A DNA stretch of 64,000 nt from Escherichia coli (GTDB lineage: Bacteria; Pseudomonadota; Gammaproteobacteria; Enterobacterales; Enterobacteriaceae): the NCBI RefSeq assembly GCF_041886205.1, contig NZ_CP169029.1, one strand, 5' to 3'. Position numbers and translations under genes: made by a program. Every line of letters begins with the position of its first letter. Position 1 is the stretch's first letter. Under the pieces are notes generated by a model. The model did not search any database, was not told where the DNA came from, and worked only from the letters and a program-made list of their open reading frames with translations. Below, one piece after another: positions 23,056 through 34,928 of this stretch.

Positions 23056-24277
23056 ATGTCTATTTATAAAATTCCTCTTCCACTCAATATTCTGGAAGCT
23101 GCACGAGAGCGTATTACCTGGACACTCAATACCCTACCCCGCGTTTGTGTCTCATTTTCTGGCGGCAAAGACTCTGGTTTAATGCTGCATCTGACAGCCG
23201 ACCTTGCCCGACAAATGGGCAAAAAAATCTGCGTTTTGTTTATCGACTGGGAAGCGCAGTTCTCATGCACTATCAACTATGTTCAGTCACTACGCGAGTT
23301 TTACGCCGATGTCATCGAAGAGTTTTACTGGGTTGCGCTCCCGCTTACGACGCAAAATTCCCTTTCACAATACCAACCCGAATGGCAGTGCTGGGAACCT
23401 GATGTCGAATGGGTGCGTCAGCCCCCGCAAGATGCGATAACCGATCCTGACTTTTTCTCCTTTTACCAGCCAGGCATGACCTTCGAACAATTTGTACGTG
23501 AGTTTGCCGAATGGTTTTCACAAAAACGTCCGGCGGCGATGATGATCGGCATCCGTGCGGATGAGTCCTACAATCGTTTTGTCGCCATCGCCAGTTTAAA
23601 TAAACAACGTTTTGCCGACGATAAACCCTGGACTACAGCCGCGCCAGGCGGTCATAGCTGGTACATATACCCCATCTACGACTGGAAAGTCGCCGATATC
23701 TGGACCTGGTATGCTAAAAATCAAAGCCTCTGTAACCCACTGTATAATCTGATGTATCAGGCAGGTGTCCCTCTGCGTCATATGCGAACTTGCGAACCTT
23801 TTGGCCCGGAGCAACGGCAAGGATTATGGCTCTATCACGTCATCGAACCGGATCGCTGGGCGGCCATGTGCGCACGAGCCAGCGGAGTAAAAAGTGGCGG
23901 CATTTACGCCGGACATGACAACCATTTTTTATGGACATCGTAAAATCCTCAAGCCGGAACATTTAGACTGGCAGGAGTATGCATTATTGCTACTCAGCAG
24001 CATGCCGGTGAAAACAGCTGAACATTACCGTAATAAAATCGCCATTTATTTGCACTGGTATCAGAAAAAAGGCATCGAGGTTCCACAAACCCAACAAGGG
24101 GACATTGGCGCGAAAGATATCCCCTCCTGGCGGCGAATATGCAAAGTTTTACTCAACAACGATTACTGGTGCCGGGCATTATCATTTAGCCCCACAAAAG
24201 CGAAGAATTATCAGCGTTATAACGAACGGATAAAAGGAAAACGTCAGGAATGGGGGATACTATGCAACAACGATTAA
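23056..24277 (+). pseudogene. ybdN: ybdN (PAPS reductase-like protein) disrupted by a +1 frameshift
   Basis: frame-1 ORF 23056-23943 (295 aa) and frame-2 ORF continuing to 24277 overlap at 23894-23943 around a T6 run (23926-23931); joining them with one base removed gives 406 codons. Confidence 0.75.
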
Positions 24278-24879
24278 CGCAGGATTTAACCCAATTTCTC
24301 GCCAGCTTGCCGGAAGACGATCGCATCAAAGCGATTAATGAAATCCGCATGGCGATCCATCAGGTAAGTCCTTTTCGGGAAGAGCCGGTGGATTGTGTTT
24401 TGTGGGTCAAAAATGATCAGCTTGTGCCAAATGATTACAACCCAAACAACGTGGCACCGCCCGAGAAAAAATTGCTGAAAAAATCCATTGAAACTAATGG
24501 TTTTACCCAACCCATTGTGGTGACCAACACGACAGCCAATTCACTTGAAATCGTTGATGGTTTTCACCGCCATGAAATCGGTAAAGGATCATCATCATTA
24601 AAACTACGCTTAAAAGGTTATTTACCGGTGACCTGCCTGGAGGGGACGCGTAATCAGCGCATCGCCGCGACTATTCGTCATAATCGCGCTCGTGGACGCC
24701 ATCAAATCACCGCCATGTCGGAAATCGTCCGTGAACTTAGCCAGTTGGGATGGGACGATAATAAAATTGGCAAAGAGCTGGGAATGGACAGCGATGAAGT
24801 GCTGCGCCTGAAGCAAATTAACGGCCTGCAAGAGTTGTTTGCCGACCGTCAATATTCCCGCGCCTGGACGGTTAAATAG
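24250..24879 (+). CDS. ybdM: ParB/sulfiredoxin-like domain protein YbdM
   Basis: 209-aa ORF MGDTMQQRLTQDLTQFLASLPEDDRIKAINE...; overlaps ybdN 3' end by 28 bp. Confidence 0.88.
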   Translation: MGDTMQQRLTQDLTQFLASLPEDDRIKAINEIRMAIHQVSPFREEPVDCVLWVKNDQLVPNDYNPNNVAPPEKKLLKKSIETNGFTQPIVVTNTTANSLEIVDGFHRHEIGKGSSSLKLRLKGYLPVTCLEGTRNQRIAATIRHNRARGRHQITAMSEIVRELSQLGWDDNKIGKELGMDSDEVLRLKQINGLQELFADRQYSRAWTVK

Positions 24880-26040
24880 CTAAAGCTGGCGCAGGCGTTC
24901 AGCTGCTGCCAGCAACGTCGATTCCTTCTTGGCAAAACAGAGACGAATCAGTTTATGTGGGAAGGGATCGGCGCAAAACACCGATAGCGGAATCGCCGCT
25001 ACGCCGTGCTCCTGCGTCAGCCACTGGCAAAACTCAACATCATCCAGGGTAGATACGGCGCTGTAATCCACCAGCAAAAAGTATGTGCCTTCGCACGGTA
25101 AAATCTCCAGCCGACTTTCATTTAAGGCATTTACCAGAATATCGCGCTTCTGGCGATAAAAGTCCGGTAACGCAAGATAATGCTCAGGTTCGGCACGTAG
25201 CATATCCGCAAGCGCCAGCTGTGCCGGGGTATTCACCGAAAAGGTCAGATACTGATGTACCTTGCGAATTTCGGCACTGATGGGCGCTGGCGCAACGCAA
25301 TAACCCACTTTCCAGCCGGTCATATGATAGGTCTTGCCAAACGATGACACCGCCACCGCCCGCTCACGCAACTGCGGATGCGCCAGCACACTGGCATGGC
25401 CCTGTTGTGAAAAGTTGATGTGCTCGTAGACTTCATCGCTAATGACAAAAATCTCGTGCCCGGCGATCGCCTGGCACAAAGCGGCGAAATCAGCCTGCTG
25501 CCAGACAGTTGCACTGGGGTTATGCGGAGTGTTGAGGATCACCAGTCGGGTGCGCTCGCTTAACAATGCGGCAAATTCCTGCCAGTCAACGCGAAAATGC
25601 GGTGGTTGCAGTGCCATACGCTTCACTATTCCCCCAGAAAGCGCGATGGCGGGGGCGTAACTGTCATAGCTGGGATCAAAACAAATCACTTCATCGCCAT
25701 TGCGCACCAATGCGGTAATCGCCGCGTATAACGCCTCCGTCGCCCCTGCCGTTACGGTGATATCGCTGTCGGCATCCGGTTGATAGCCATATAGACGTTC
25801 CGTTTTCTGAGCAATCGCCTCGCTCAAGGCCTGCACACCGCTCATGGGCGCGTATTGGTTTGCCCCCTGGGCAACGTGGTACGCCAGTCGCTCTTGTAAA
25901 TAGCGCGGACCATCAAAATCAGGAAAGCCTTGCGAAAGGTTAATCGCCTGGTGTTGCTGCGCCAGCGCGCTCATCTGGGTGAAAATAGTGGTGCCAAGTT
26001 GTGGAAGTTTGCTTTGTGGAATCAGAGGGTTATTTGTCAT
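24880..26040 (-). CDS. ybdL: PLP-dependent methionine aminotransferase YbdL
   Basis: 386-aa ORF MTNNPLIPQSKLPQLGTTIFTQMSALA... aminotransferase class I fold. Confidence 0.93.
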   Translation of the reverse strand: MTNNPLIPQSKLPQLGTTIFTQMSALAQQHQAINLSQGFPDFDGPRYLQERLAYHVAQGANQYAPMSGVQALSEAIAQKTERLYGYQPDADSDITVTAGATEALYAAITALVRNGDEVICFDPSYDSYAPAIALSGGIVKRMALQPPHFRVDWQEFAALLSERTRLVILNTPHNPSATVWQQADFAALCQAIAGHEIFVISDEVYEHINFSQQGHASVLAHPQLRERAVAVSSFGKTYHMTGWKVGYCVAPAPISAEIRKVHQYLTFSVNTPAQLALADMLRAEPEHYLALPDFYRQKRDILVNALNESRLEILPCEGTYFLLVDYSAVSTLDDVEFCQWLTQEHGVAAIPLSVFCADPFPHKLIRLCFAKKESTLLAAAERLRQL

Positions 26041-26148
26041 TTTTATTGTACCTAACGAGGTTGCGTGTTGAAGGCACTATAACACGATGCTAGTATTTGG
26101 CAATCAAGACGTTTAGATGTCTAAATAAAACAATAAGGACAACACAAC

Positions 26149-27237
26149 ATGCCTCACAATCCTATCCGCGTGGTCGTCGGCCCGGCTAACTACTTTTCAC
26201 ATCCAGGAAGTTTCAATCACCTGCACGATTTTTTCACTGATGAACAGCTTTCTCGCGCGGTGTGGATCTACGGCGAACGCGCCATTGCTGCGGCGCAAAC
26301 CAAACTTCCGCCAGCGTTTGAACTGCCAGGGGCAAAGCATATTTTGTTTCGCGGTCATTGCAGCGAAAGCGATGTACAACAACTGGCGGCTGAGTCCGGT
26401 GACGATCGCAGCGTGGTGATTGGCGTCGGCGGCGGCGCACTGCTCGACACCGCGAAAGCCCTCGCCCGCCGTCTCGGTCTGCCATTTGTTGCCGCTCCGA
26501 CGATCGCCGCCACCTGCGCCGCCTGGACACCGCTCTCCGTCTGGTATAACGATGCCGGACAGGCCCTGCATTATGAGATTTTCGACGACGCCAATTTTAT
26601 GGTGCTGGTGGAACCAGAGATTATCCTCAATGCGCCGCAACAATATCTGCTGGCGGGGATCGGTGACACGCTGGCGAAATGGTATGAAGCGGTGGTGCTG
26701 GCTCCGCAACCAGAAACATTGCCGCTAACCGTGCGGCTGGGGATCAATAATGCGCAGGCCATTCGCGACGTCTTGTTAAACAGTAGCGAACAGGCGCTTG
26801 CCGATCAGCAAAATCAGCAGTTAACGCAATCATTTTGCGATGTGGTGGATGCGATTATCGCCGGAGGTGGAATGGTCGGTGGTCTGGGCGATCGTTTTAC
26901 TCGCGTTGCAGCGGCTCATGCCGTGCATAACGGTCTGACTGTGCTGCCGCAAACCGAGAAATTTCTCCACGGCACCAAAGTCGCTTATGGCATTCTGGTA
27001 CAAAGCGCCTTGCTGGGTCAGGATGATGTGCTGACGCAATTAACCGGGGCGTATCAGCGTTTTCATCTGCCGACCACGCTGGCGGAGCTGGAAGTGGATA
27101 TCAATAATCAGGCGGAGATCGACAAAGTGATTGCCCACACCTTGCGCCCGGTGGAGTCCATTCATTACCTGCCAGTCACGCTGACACCAGATACGTTGCG
27201 TGCAGCGTTCGAAAAAGTGGAATCGTTTAAAGCCTGA
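26149..27237 (+). CDS. ybdH: iron-containing alcohol dehydrogenase family protein YbdH (hydroxycarboxylate dehydrogenase)
   Basis: 362-aa ORF MPHNPIRVVVGPANYFSHPGSFNHL... Confidence 0.92.
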   Translation: MPHNPIRVVVGPANYFSHPGSFNHLHDFFTDEQLSRAVWIYGERAIAAAQTKLPPAFELPGAKHILFRGHCSESDVQQLAAESGDDRSVVIGVGGGALLDTAKALARRLGLPFVAAPTIAATCAAWTPLSVWYNDAGQALHYEIFDDANFMVLVEPEIILNAPQQYLLAGIGDTLAKWYEAVVLAPQPETLPLTVRLGINNAQAIRDVLLNSSEQALADQQNQQLTQSFCDVVDAIIAGGGMVGGLGDRFTRVAAAHAVHNGLTVLPQTEKFLHGTKVAYGILVQSALLGQDDVLTQLTGAYQRFHLPTTLAELEVDINNQAEIDKVIAHTLRPVESIHYLPVTLTPDTLRAAFEKVESFKA

Positions 27238-27246
27238 CGTGCAAAT

Positions 27247-27444
27247 TTAGCAGCAGCGCGCGCCGCCTTTTCCACCGTAGCGCGCGTCCTGCCGCTCACG
27301 GAAAAACTCTTCGTAGGTCATCGGCGTTTGATCGGGATGGTTTACCCGCATATGTTCGACATAGTTGTCGTAATCAGGCATACCAATCATCAGCTTCGCC
27401 GCCTGACCTAAATATTTTCCGGCTTTTGCCAGTGAATCAAACAT
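27247..27444 (-). CDS. ybdD: small protein YbdD (DUF466), cotranscribed with cstA
   Basis: 65-aa [34 protein letters not shown]... Confidence 0.9.
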   Translation of the reverse strand: MFDSLAKAGKYLGQAAKLMIGMPDYDNYVEHMRVNHPDQTPMTYEEFFRERQDARYGGKGGARCC

Positions 27445-27477
27445 TAATACCTCCGGTAATCAGGTTGCCAGGAGAGT

Positions 27478-27511
27478 GCCGGATGCGGCGTGAACGCCTT
27501 ATCCGGCCTAC
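27478..27511. repeat. REP (repetitive extragenic palindrome) element in cstA-ybdD spacer
   Basis: GCCGGATGCGGCGTGAACGCCTTATCCGGCCTAC, canonical REP sequence. Confidence 0.85.
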
Positions 27512-27530
27512 AAATGCTATCAACGTGCTC

Positions 27531-27610
27531 GGTCAGTCCCCTCGCCCCACCGGGGAGAGGGTTAGGGTGAGGGGAAACCCTCGGCGCCATGCCAACATTC
27601 GCCAACATTC
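27531..27610. repeat. GC-rich imperfect palindrome followed by a 10-bp direct tandem repeat (GCCAACATTC x2)
   Basis: tcccctcgccccaccggggagagggttagggtgagggg... then gccaacattcgccaacattc at 27591-27610. Confidence 0.6.
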
Positions 27611-27625
27611 CCCCTCACTCTGACT

Positions 27626-29731
27626 TTAGTGCGCGCCTTTTGCCTGCGCCACGATCTCCTCGACATTTTCCGGCATTGGCTCATACGGCGTTTCTTTCGC
27701 CGTTGGCTTCGGCTCTTTCAATGCCGCCAGTGCCGTCTTAATCGAGAACAGCGCCAGAACCACCACGACCACCATAAAGAAGATGGTTAACCCGGCATCC
27801 AGACGGTTGTTGAACACCAGTTGCGCCAGCTGTGACTCAGTATACTGCGACGGAATATTGCCGCTGTCGATCATTGCCTGGAACTTATTAGCAATGGCCA
27901 GGAAGCCGACTTTCGCATCCGGGCTAAACGCTTTCTGCCAGCCTGCGGTCAGAGTACAAATCAGCAGCCAGGCCGTTGGTACCAGCGCCACCCAGGCGTA
28001 ACGTTGACGTTTCATCTTGAACAACACCACGGCACAGAGCATCAACGCCATCCCTGCCAGCATCTGGTTGGCAATACCAAACAGCGGCCACAGAGTGTTA
28101 ATACCGCCCAGCGGATCGACCACACCCTGATGGAGGAAGTAGCCCCACGCCAGTACGCACAGCGCCGTTGCCAGCAGGTTAGCAGGCAGTGAATCGGTCC
28201 GTTTCAGGCCCGGAGACACCACGCCCAGCAGATCCTGCAACATAAAGCGCGCAGCACGCGTACCTGCATCCACCGCCGTCAGAATAAACAGTGCTTCAAA
28301 CAAAATGGCGAAGTGATACCAGAACGCCACATCCATCATGCCGCCCAGCGCGCCGTGCAGAATGTAGGCCATCCCCACCGCCAGCGTCGGCGCACCGCCC
28401 GCACGGGAAATGATCGACTGTTCACCCACTTCGCTGGCAATCTGGTTTAGCGTATCCGGGGTAATCGCAAAGCCCCAGCTACTCACCACCTGCGCGGCAG
28501 AAGCGACCACATCCGCCGTCCCTGCCGGAGCCAGCACCGCCATCGGGCTGTTCATGGCGAAGTACACACCCGGATCGATGATACAGGCGGAAACCAGCGC
28601 CATAATCGCTACGAAGGATTCCATCAACATCCCGCCGTAGCCGATAAAGCACGCCTGCCCTTCGTTCGCCAGCATCTTCGGCGTGGTGCCGGAAGAGATC
28701 AGCGCATGGAAGCCAGACACCGCGCCACAGGCGATGGTGATAAACAGGAACGGGAACAGGTTACCGGTCCATACCGGGCCAGTGCCATCGACAAATTTGG
28801 TCAGCGCAGGCATGGTCAGCGTCGGGCGCATAATCAAAATGCCTACCGCCAGACCGACGATAGTCCCGATTTTCAGGAAGGTAGAAAGGTAGTCACGCGG
28901 AGCCAGCAGCAACCACACCGGCAGCACCGCCGCCACAAAACCGTAACCCACCAGCATCCAGGTCAGCTGCACGCCGGTAAAGTCAAAGTACGGTGCCCAG
29001 GTCGGGCTTTCTGCCACCCAGCCGCCAGAGATAATGGCGAAAATCAGGAATACCAGACCGATGACCGACACTTCACCAATACGCCCCGGACGCAGATAGC
29101 GCAGGTAGATCCCCATAAACAGCGCCAGCGGAATGGTGAACGCAACGGTATACGTTCCCCACGGGCTATGAGTCAGGGCTTTCACCACGATCATCGCCAA
29201 CACAGCAAGGATAATGACCATGATCATAAAGCAGGCCACCAGCGCTATCACCCCGGCGGTTGGCCCCATCTCTTCTTTGACCAGCTCACCCAGCGAACGA
29301 CCGTCACGGCGCGTAGAAACAAACAGCACCATGAAATCCTGCACCGCACCGGCGAGAACCACCCCGGCGAGCAGCCAGATCATCCCCGGCAGGTAACCCA
29401 TTTGCGCTGCCAGCACCGGCCCAACCAGCGGACCTGCTCCGGCAATGGCCGCAAAATGGTGACCGAACAGCACTTTCTTGTCCGTCGGCACATAGTCCAG
29501 CCCGTCGTTATGGCGCACCGCTGGCGTCATACGCGTCGGGTCAACCGCCAGCACATTTTTGGCGATATACAGCCCATAAAAACGGTAAGCGATCAGATAG
29601 ATACAGACCGACGCCACCACAATCCACAGCGCGTTGATCTGTTCCCCACGATTTAAAGCAATGTATCCCAGAGCAAATGCTCCCATTACAGAGAGCACTG
29701 TCCAGACGAGGTATTTCCCTGATTTGTTCAT
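27626..29731 (-). CDS. cstA: carbon starvation protein A (peptide/pyruvate transporter) CstA
   Basis: 701-aa polytopic membrane ORF MNKSGKYLVWTVLSVMGAFALGYIAL... Confidence 0.95.
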   Translation of the reverse strand: MNKSGKYLVWTVLSVMGAFALGYIALNRGEQINALWIVVASVCIYLIAYRFYGLYIAKNVLAVDPTRMTPAVRHNDGLDYVPTDKKVLFGHHFAAIAGAGPLVGPVLAAQMGYLPGMIWLLAGVVLAGAVQDFMVLFVSTRRDGRSLGELVKEEMGPTAGVIALVACFMIMVIILAVLAMIVVKALTHSPWGTYTVAFTIPLALFMGIYLRYLRPGRIGEVSVIGLVFLIFAIISGGWVAESPTWAPYFDFTGVQLTWMLVGYGFVAAVLPVWLLLAPRDYLSTFLKIGTIVGLAVGILIMRPTLTMPALTKFVDGTGPVWTGNLFPFLFITIACGAVSGFHALISSGTTPKMLANEGQACFIGYGGMLMESFVAIMALVSACIIDPGVYFAMNSPMAVLAPAGTADVVASAAQVVSSWGFAITPDTLNQIASEVGEQSIISRAGGAPTLAVGMAYILHGALGGMMDVAFWYHFAILFEALFILTAVDAGTRAARFMLQDLLGVVSPGLKRTDSLPANLLATALCVLAWGYFLHQGVVDPLGGINTLWPLFGIANQMLAGMALMLCAVVLFKMKRQRYAWVALVPTAWLLICTLTAGWQKAFSPDAKVGFLAIANKFQAMIDSGNIPSQYTESQLAQLVFNNRLDAGLTIFFMVVVVVLALFSIKTALAALKEPKPTAKETPYEPMPENVEEIVAQAKGAH

Positions 29732-29852
29732 AGTTGTTATCCGTGTGCGTGTCCATAGAGATGTTACATTTTGTTTCTATAACATCTTTGTACGATTTAA
29801 CAACACGGCAACCATGTAAATCGGAGTTGAAACCAATATTTAACTTAACAAT

Positions 29853-29868
29853 GTTAACTCGATCACTC
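29853..29868. promoter_or_regulatory. CRP-like box upstream of cstA
   Basis: TGTTA-actcga-TCACT resembles TGTGA-N6-TCACA; cstA is known to be cAMP-CRP dependent; motif match only. Confidence 0.35.
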
Positions 29869-29911
29869 CATTAACCGAGTTTTCCTGCAATCTCATTTAA
29901 TTCTGTCGGGC

Positions 29912-31073
<1,162 letters not shown>

Positions 31074-31074
<1 letters not shown>

Positions 31075-31931
31075 TATTTCACCTCGCGGGAGAGTAGCTT
31101 CCACCAGGCGTCGATGGTCGGGTTTTTCGCCAGCATGACAAAGTCGATATCGCCATGCACTTTGCGCCAGCGCGCCGCCAGCGCCATCATGCGCACCGAA
31201 TCCAGACCGTAGTCGATCAGGTTGTCGTCATCGAACGGTTCATCGGACTCGTCCAGCAACGGCAGGATAACCTCACGCAGCGCCGCTTTGCTGGCGGGGA
31301 CAGGTGCTGGCAGTAATTCTTCAGTCATCACCACCCGGCCAGACCGTCCGGCCACATATTTCAGCGACATCAAATGCTCGTCACGGCTGAAATCGGCCAG
31401 CGCATCCGCCACCATAAACGGTTTAATATCGCGCATAAATGCGTCGGTTGCGGTAGTCATACAGCCAATGTGGGCATATACCCCGGTAATAATCAGCTGG
31501 TTACGTCCACTCTCTTTGAGCATTTGCTCCAGCGGAGAACGATGAAACGCGCTGTAGCGCCACTTCACCAGCACCGTGTCGTCGGCATCTGGCGTCAGGC
31601 GATCCACCACCTTTTGCTGTTCCGGCGAACGGGTCAGGCCCGGCCCCCACATATCATTCAACAGCGCCCGATCTTCATCACTCTGCTCTTTCGGCTGGGC
31701 GGTGTAATAAACCGGGATATTGTGCTGTTTGCAGTAGTCGCGTAGCGCAGCAATATTCGCGATCACCTGCGCCATCATCGGGCAGTTCTCGCCCCAGAAG
31801 CTGATAAAATAGTCCTGCATATCATGGATTAACAACGCGGCACGTTGCGGTTCAAAGGCCCAGTCGACTTTATTCTTAGGGATATCGTGAGACTCCGGCA
31901 GTGCGTAAGCCTGTAATTTTGGAATAGCCAT
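31074..31931 (-). CDS. entB: isochorismatase / aryl carrier protein EntB
   Basis: 285-aa ORF MAIPKLQAYALPESHDIPKNKVDWAF... Confidence 0.95.
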
Positions 31932-31944
31932 CGTGTTCTCTCCT

Positions 31945-33555
31945 TCAGGCTGATGCGCGTGACACCAGCCACTGACGTAATTGTTTTTTATCGACTTTCC
32001 CGACCGCCGTCAGCGGAAGTGAATCTACACACTCCACGCGATCCGGTAATTTAAATTCGGCAATACCCTGTTCACGCAGGAAACGACGCACCTGCACCGC
32101 GCGCAGCGGCTCTTTTACCACCAGATAAGCGCAGCTTTTTTCGCCCATCAGCTCATCTTCCATGCTCACCAGTGCGGCATAGATCACTGCCGGATGGCGC
32201 AGTAACAGGTTTTCGATCTCTTCGGCAGCGATCTTCTCGCCGCCACGGTTAATCTGATCTTTCTCGCGCCCCTGCACGGTGATGTAACCGTCGGGATCAA
32301 TAGAGATGAGATCGCCGGAACAGTAAAAACCGTTGGCATCAAAGGCACTGGCATTGTGCTGCGGGCTTTTGTAATAACCCCGAAAGGTATACGGCCCGCG
32401 CGTCATCAGGCGTCCGACTTCCCCTTGCGGCAGTGGATTTCCTTCGGCATCGGCAACCCATACTTCGTCATCCGGACACATCGGGTAACCCTGGGTATGG
32501 ATAATTTTCTCCGCGCTATCATCAAGACGGGTGTAGTTCACCAGCCCTTCCGCCATGCCAAACACCTGCTGCAATTGGCAGCCAATCTCAGCGGGAATAC
32601 GCGTCGCAAGCGTGGCAGAAAGGCGTGCGCCGCCGACCTGTAACAGTTTCAGCGAGGCAAGCTGCGCCTGGCTTTCGCCTTCGGTCAGCGCCTGCAACCA
32701 CAGGCTGACTGCCGGCGGCACCAGCGCGGTAACGTTCACCTGATGTTTTGCAATCAATGGGAAGCAAAGCGTGGCGCTGGGATCGGCCGCCAGAACAACC
32801 GTTCCTCCGGCAAGAAAGACGCCCAGCGATCCTGGCGAACTCATGGCGTAGTTATGAGCCGCCGGGATCGCGCACAGGTAGCGTGTCTGTTGTGTGAACT
32901 GACAAATCTCGACGCTACGACGCACGCTGTAGTAGTAGTCGTTATGAGTGCGCGGGATTAGTTTCGGTGTGCCGGTGGTGCCGCCGGAAAGCTGGAAATA
33001 GGCCACTTCATCAGCAGGTGACGGCGTGGCAGTAAAGTCCTCAGCCGGATGGTTAATCGCATCCTGCAAGTTATGCTCACCGCTGTCGTTGTGCAGTTGC
33101 ACCACGCGAATGGAGGAGTGCTCTGCAACAAATGTATTGAGGAAATCATCTCCGCTAAATAGCGCATGTTGGCGATCGGCAATCAGTAACGCCGGTTTAA
33201 TCTGGCTGGCGTATGCGTTCAGTTCACTACGCTGATGGCTGAACAGCGCCAGCACCGGCGCGACGCCCAGTTTCAGCAGCGCGAAAAAGGTAATGTAAAG
33301 TTCAGCGACGTTACCCAGTTGTACCAGCGCGGTTTCACCGGGTTTAATGCCCTGACGGCGCAAACTACAGGCGAGGTTATCCGCCGCCTGATTCAGCTCC
33401 CGGTAACTCAACTGCCGCTCGCCGTCGATAACCGCGATGCTGTCACTCGCAGCATGTCGTGTCAGAATGTCAGTCAATGGCAAATCCTGCCAGTAGCCTT
33501 TTTCCCGATAGCGACGGGCAAACTCTTCCGGCCAGCGGGTAAATGGAATGCTCAT
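31945..33555 (-). CDS. entE: 2,3-dihydroxybenzoate-AMP ligase EntE
   Basis: 536-aa adenylation-domain [28 protein letters not shown]... Confidence 0.95.
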   Translation of the reverse strand: MSIPFTRWPEEFARRYREKGYWQDLPLTDILTRHAASDSIAVIDGERQLSYRELNQAADNLACSLRRQGIKPGETALVQLGNVAELYITFFALLKLGVAPVLALFSHQRSELNAYASQIKPALLIADRQHALFSGDDFLNTFVAEHSSIRVVQLHNDSGEHNLQDAINHPAEDFTATPSPADEVAYFQLSGGTTGTPKLIPRTHNDYYYSVRRSVEICQFTQQTRYLCAIPAAHNYAMSSPGSLGVFLAGGTVVLAADPSATLCFPLIAKHQVNVTALVPPAVSLWLQALTEGESQAQLASLKLLQVGGARLSATLATRIPAEIGCQLQQVFGMAEGLVNYTRLDDSAEKIIHTQGYPMCPDDEVWVADAEGNPLPQGEVGRLMTRGPYTFRGYYKSPQHNASAFDANGFYCSGDLISIDPDGYITVQGREKDQINRGGEKIAAEEIENLLLRHPAVIYAALVSMEDELMGEKSCAYLVVKEPLRAVQVRRFLREQGIAEFKLPDRVECVDSLPLTAVGKVDKKQLRQWLVSRASA

Positions 33556-33564
33556 CCTCGCTCC

Positions 33565-34740
33565 TTAATGCAATCCAAAAACGTTCAACATGGTAGAAAG
33601 TTTGACGCCTGTTTCGCGCCACTCACCCAACGGTGACGACGCAGGCACAATCCCCGCTCCGGCAAACAGACGCACCTGATTTTCCCGCAGCTTCGCGCAG
33701 CGGATGGTCACCACCCATTCGCCGTTACCTTCGCTGTCACACCAACCCACGATGCCGCCAAACAGTTCGCGGTCGAACGGCTCCAGTTCAGCAATAATCT
33801 GGGTCGCGGCCTGATGCGGGAAACCGCTCAGCGCGGGGGTCGGATGCAGCAGACAGGCCAGAGTCAGTGCGTTTTCTTGCGAATTCGCTTTACCTTCAAA
33901 GGGAGTTGCGAGATGCCACAGCGTCGGCGTGGTAATCAATTGTGGAGAGGAGGGAACGTGTAACTCACTACTGCGTTCGCGCAGTACCTCTTTCATCGCC
34001 TGAGTCACCAGTTCATGTTCATGGCGATCTTTTTCTGACGCCAGCAGACGATTACCCGCTTCGCGATCGAGCACTTCATCCGGCTGACGACGCGCGGAAC
34101 CGGCTAACGGAATGGAGCTAAAACGCTCGCCGTCTTTACGTAGCAGCAGTTCCGGGCTGGCCCCCAGCAGCACTCCACCATCAGCCAGCGGGACATGGAA
34201 GTTGTAACTAACCGGGTTTTGCGCAATCAACCGTTCCAGCAATACGCCACTATCAATGGCGGCGTCAGTGGTGATATCAATCAACCGTGACAACACCACT
34301 TTGTCGACCTGCGGCGTGGCGGTAAGTGCGGCAGCGCGAGCAACCATCTGTTCAAACGTGGTTTTTTGCGGAATTGCCTGGCGTTCCACCACGTTCAGCG
34401 ACTGGCTGCGGGTGAAACGGCGGGCGGAAGCTTGTTTTTCCTGACGGGAGAACGACTGCCAGGATTCAGGAATATACAGCGACGAAGGCTGACGTGGATC
34501 GAAGGGAATCGCCCCGACCATCACCGGATTTTTGATACCCTGCGCTTTGGCATCGGCAAACAGCGCGGCGAGTTTTTGCTGGAAGGGACTGTCGGGCGAA
34601 TCCCCGTTCACAGCCGGTTCATCGAAGCGGGCGAAACATCCTGACGTCGTAAAACTGCGGTACGGCGACATAAAGAAAAAGCGATTGGGCGCAAGTGTTG
34701 CCATGGTCTGCTGTACTTCCTCAGCCAGTGACGTATCCAT
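33565..34740 (-). CDS. entC: isochorismate synthase EntC
   Basis: 391-aa [30 protein letters not shown]...; start trimmed to ATG at 34740. Confidence 0.94.
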   Translation of the reverse strand: MDTSLAEEVQQTMATLAPNRFFFMSPYRSFTTSGCFARFDEPAVNGDSPDSPFQQKLAALFADAKAQGIKNPVMVGAIPFDPRQPSSLYIPESWQSFSRQEKQASARRFTRSQSLNVVERQAIPQKTTFEQMVARAAALTATPQVDKVVLSRLIDITTDAAIDSGVLLERLIAQNPVSYNFHVPLADGGVLLGASPELLLRKDGERFSSIPLAGSARRQPDEVLDREAGNRLLASEKDRHEHELVTQAMKEVLRERSSELHVPSSPQLITTPTLWHLATPFEGKANSQENALTLACLLHPTPALSGFPHQAATQIIAELEPFDRELFGGIVGWCDSEGNGEWVVTIRCAKLRENQVRLFAGAGIVPASSPLGEWRETGVKLSTMLNVFGLH

Positions 34741-34751
34741 ATCATCCTCCA

Positions 34752-34790
34752 CAAAATGATAAAGGCTTTAATAATGATTATCATTTATAT
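34752..34790. promoter_or_regulatory. Fur box(es) in entC promoter region
   Basis: aaatgataaaggctttaATAATGATTATCATTTAT matches the GATAATGATAATCATTATC iron box. Confidence 0.7.
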
Positions 34791-34882
34791 TTTCGGTCGC
34801 TAACCTAAAAGCAAACGCGCACTATGTCAACTCTTGAGGTAACGCAATCTGCAACTCGGGGTTGCATCTGGTTGTGGTTACA

Positions 34883-34905
34883 ATGAAAATGAGAAGCATT
34901 AACTT
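34883..34905. promoter_or_regulatory. Fur box in fepB promoter region
   Basis: atgaaaatgagaagcattaac, partial iron-box match upstream of fepB. Confidence 0.5.
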
Positions 34906-34928
34906 CATTAATAACAGGAAGCTGATTT

